Source of the DNA: a virus
Lineage: Duplodnaviria > Caudoviricetes
Strand: one strand, 5' to 3'
Length of the DNA stretch: 64,000 bases
Virus record (IMG/VR): IMGVR_UViG_2907233695_000001
Location: 32,001 to 96,000 of that record
The notes under the pieces are model-generated. The model was given only the letters and a program-made list of their open reading frames with translations. It ran no database searches and was not told the origin of the DNA. The first letter of the stretch is position 1. Each line of letters begins with the position of its first letter. A program made the position numbers and the translations under genes. Shown in pieces: positions 63,670 to 64,000 of the stretch.

Positions 63670-64000
63670 TGTTAGGTGTTCTAGGGTTAGGTCAGGCAGG
63701 ATCGAATTTCGCAGAAGAAGCTTCAAAATACGGAATTGTATCTGGTGTCATTAACTATTCTCAAAAAGATTTGGATTCAGTCGATGTAAAACACAAATTG
63801 AGGTTGTTGGGGTCAGAGGGAGTAGGAAAAAATCGAGATGAGGCCATCGCTCTCTTTCAGGATCAGTGGGAAATTGCTTTAAAGTTCATCCAAGATCATT
63901 TTTCAAACTGTGATGTAATTGCATTCGCTTTTTCATCGAGCGGAGGTTCTGGAAGCGGTATAAGCCCAATCTTGCTGGACATAGCCACTAATTCCATGCC
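63669..64000 (+). CDS. Tubulin/FtsZ-family GTPase (TubZ-like), 3' truncated by window edge
   Basis: MLGVLGLGQAGSN...GVGKN...SSSGGSGSG tubulin signature. Confidence 0.85.
   Translation, partial: MLGVLGLGQAGSNFAEEASKYGIVSGVINYSQKDLDSVDVKHKLRLLGSEGVGKNRDEAIALFQDQWEIALKFIQDHFSNCDVIAFAFSSSGGSGSGISPILLDIATNSM

Overview
AT-rich, almost entirely minus-strand segment of a large SPbeta-like temperate phage, prophage or phage-plasmid of a spore-forming Bacillales host (Paenibacillus-like, by inference). It holds two replication modules: DnaB helicase, loader, Sak4-like ATPase and SSB-like genes on the left, and a RecD2 helicase with an AEP primase-polymerase on the right. It also has two long arrays of tiny accessory genes, homologues of the SPbeta repressor genes yopP/yopQ/yopR (sroD/E/F) split into two loci, about nine free-standing homing-endonuclease-like genes, a solo TnpB with a structured 3' RNA, an orphan MazF, polyvalent leading-region proteins and the start of a TubR/TubZ-like pair. 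Two candidate undescribed systems stand out. (1) A kinase-free agr-like cyclic-peptide locus lies directly downstream of the repressor genes: agrB, a membrane sensor lacking a kinase domain, an unannotated 56-aa agrD and two receiver-less LytTR genes. No arbitrium genes occur in this window. (2) A 16-bp palindromic junction motif (TRAAA-N6-TTTYA) sits on the stop codon or junction of about 30 small genes, suggesting an integron-like cassette array served by an intact tyrosine recombinase. All family calls are by eye from sequence motifs; no database searches were run.
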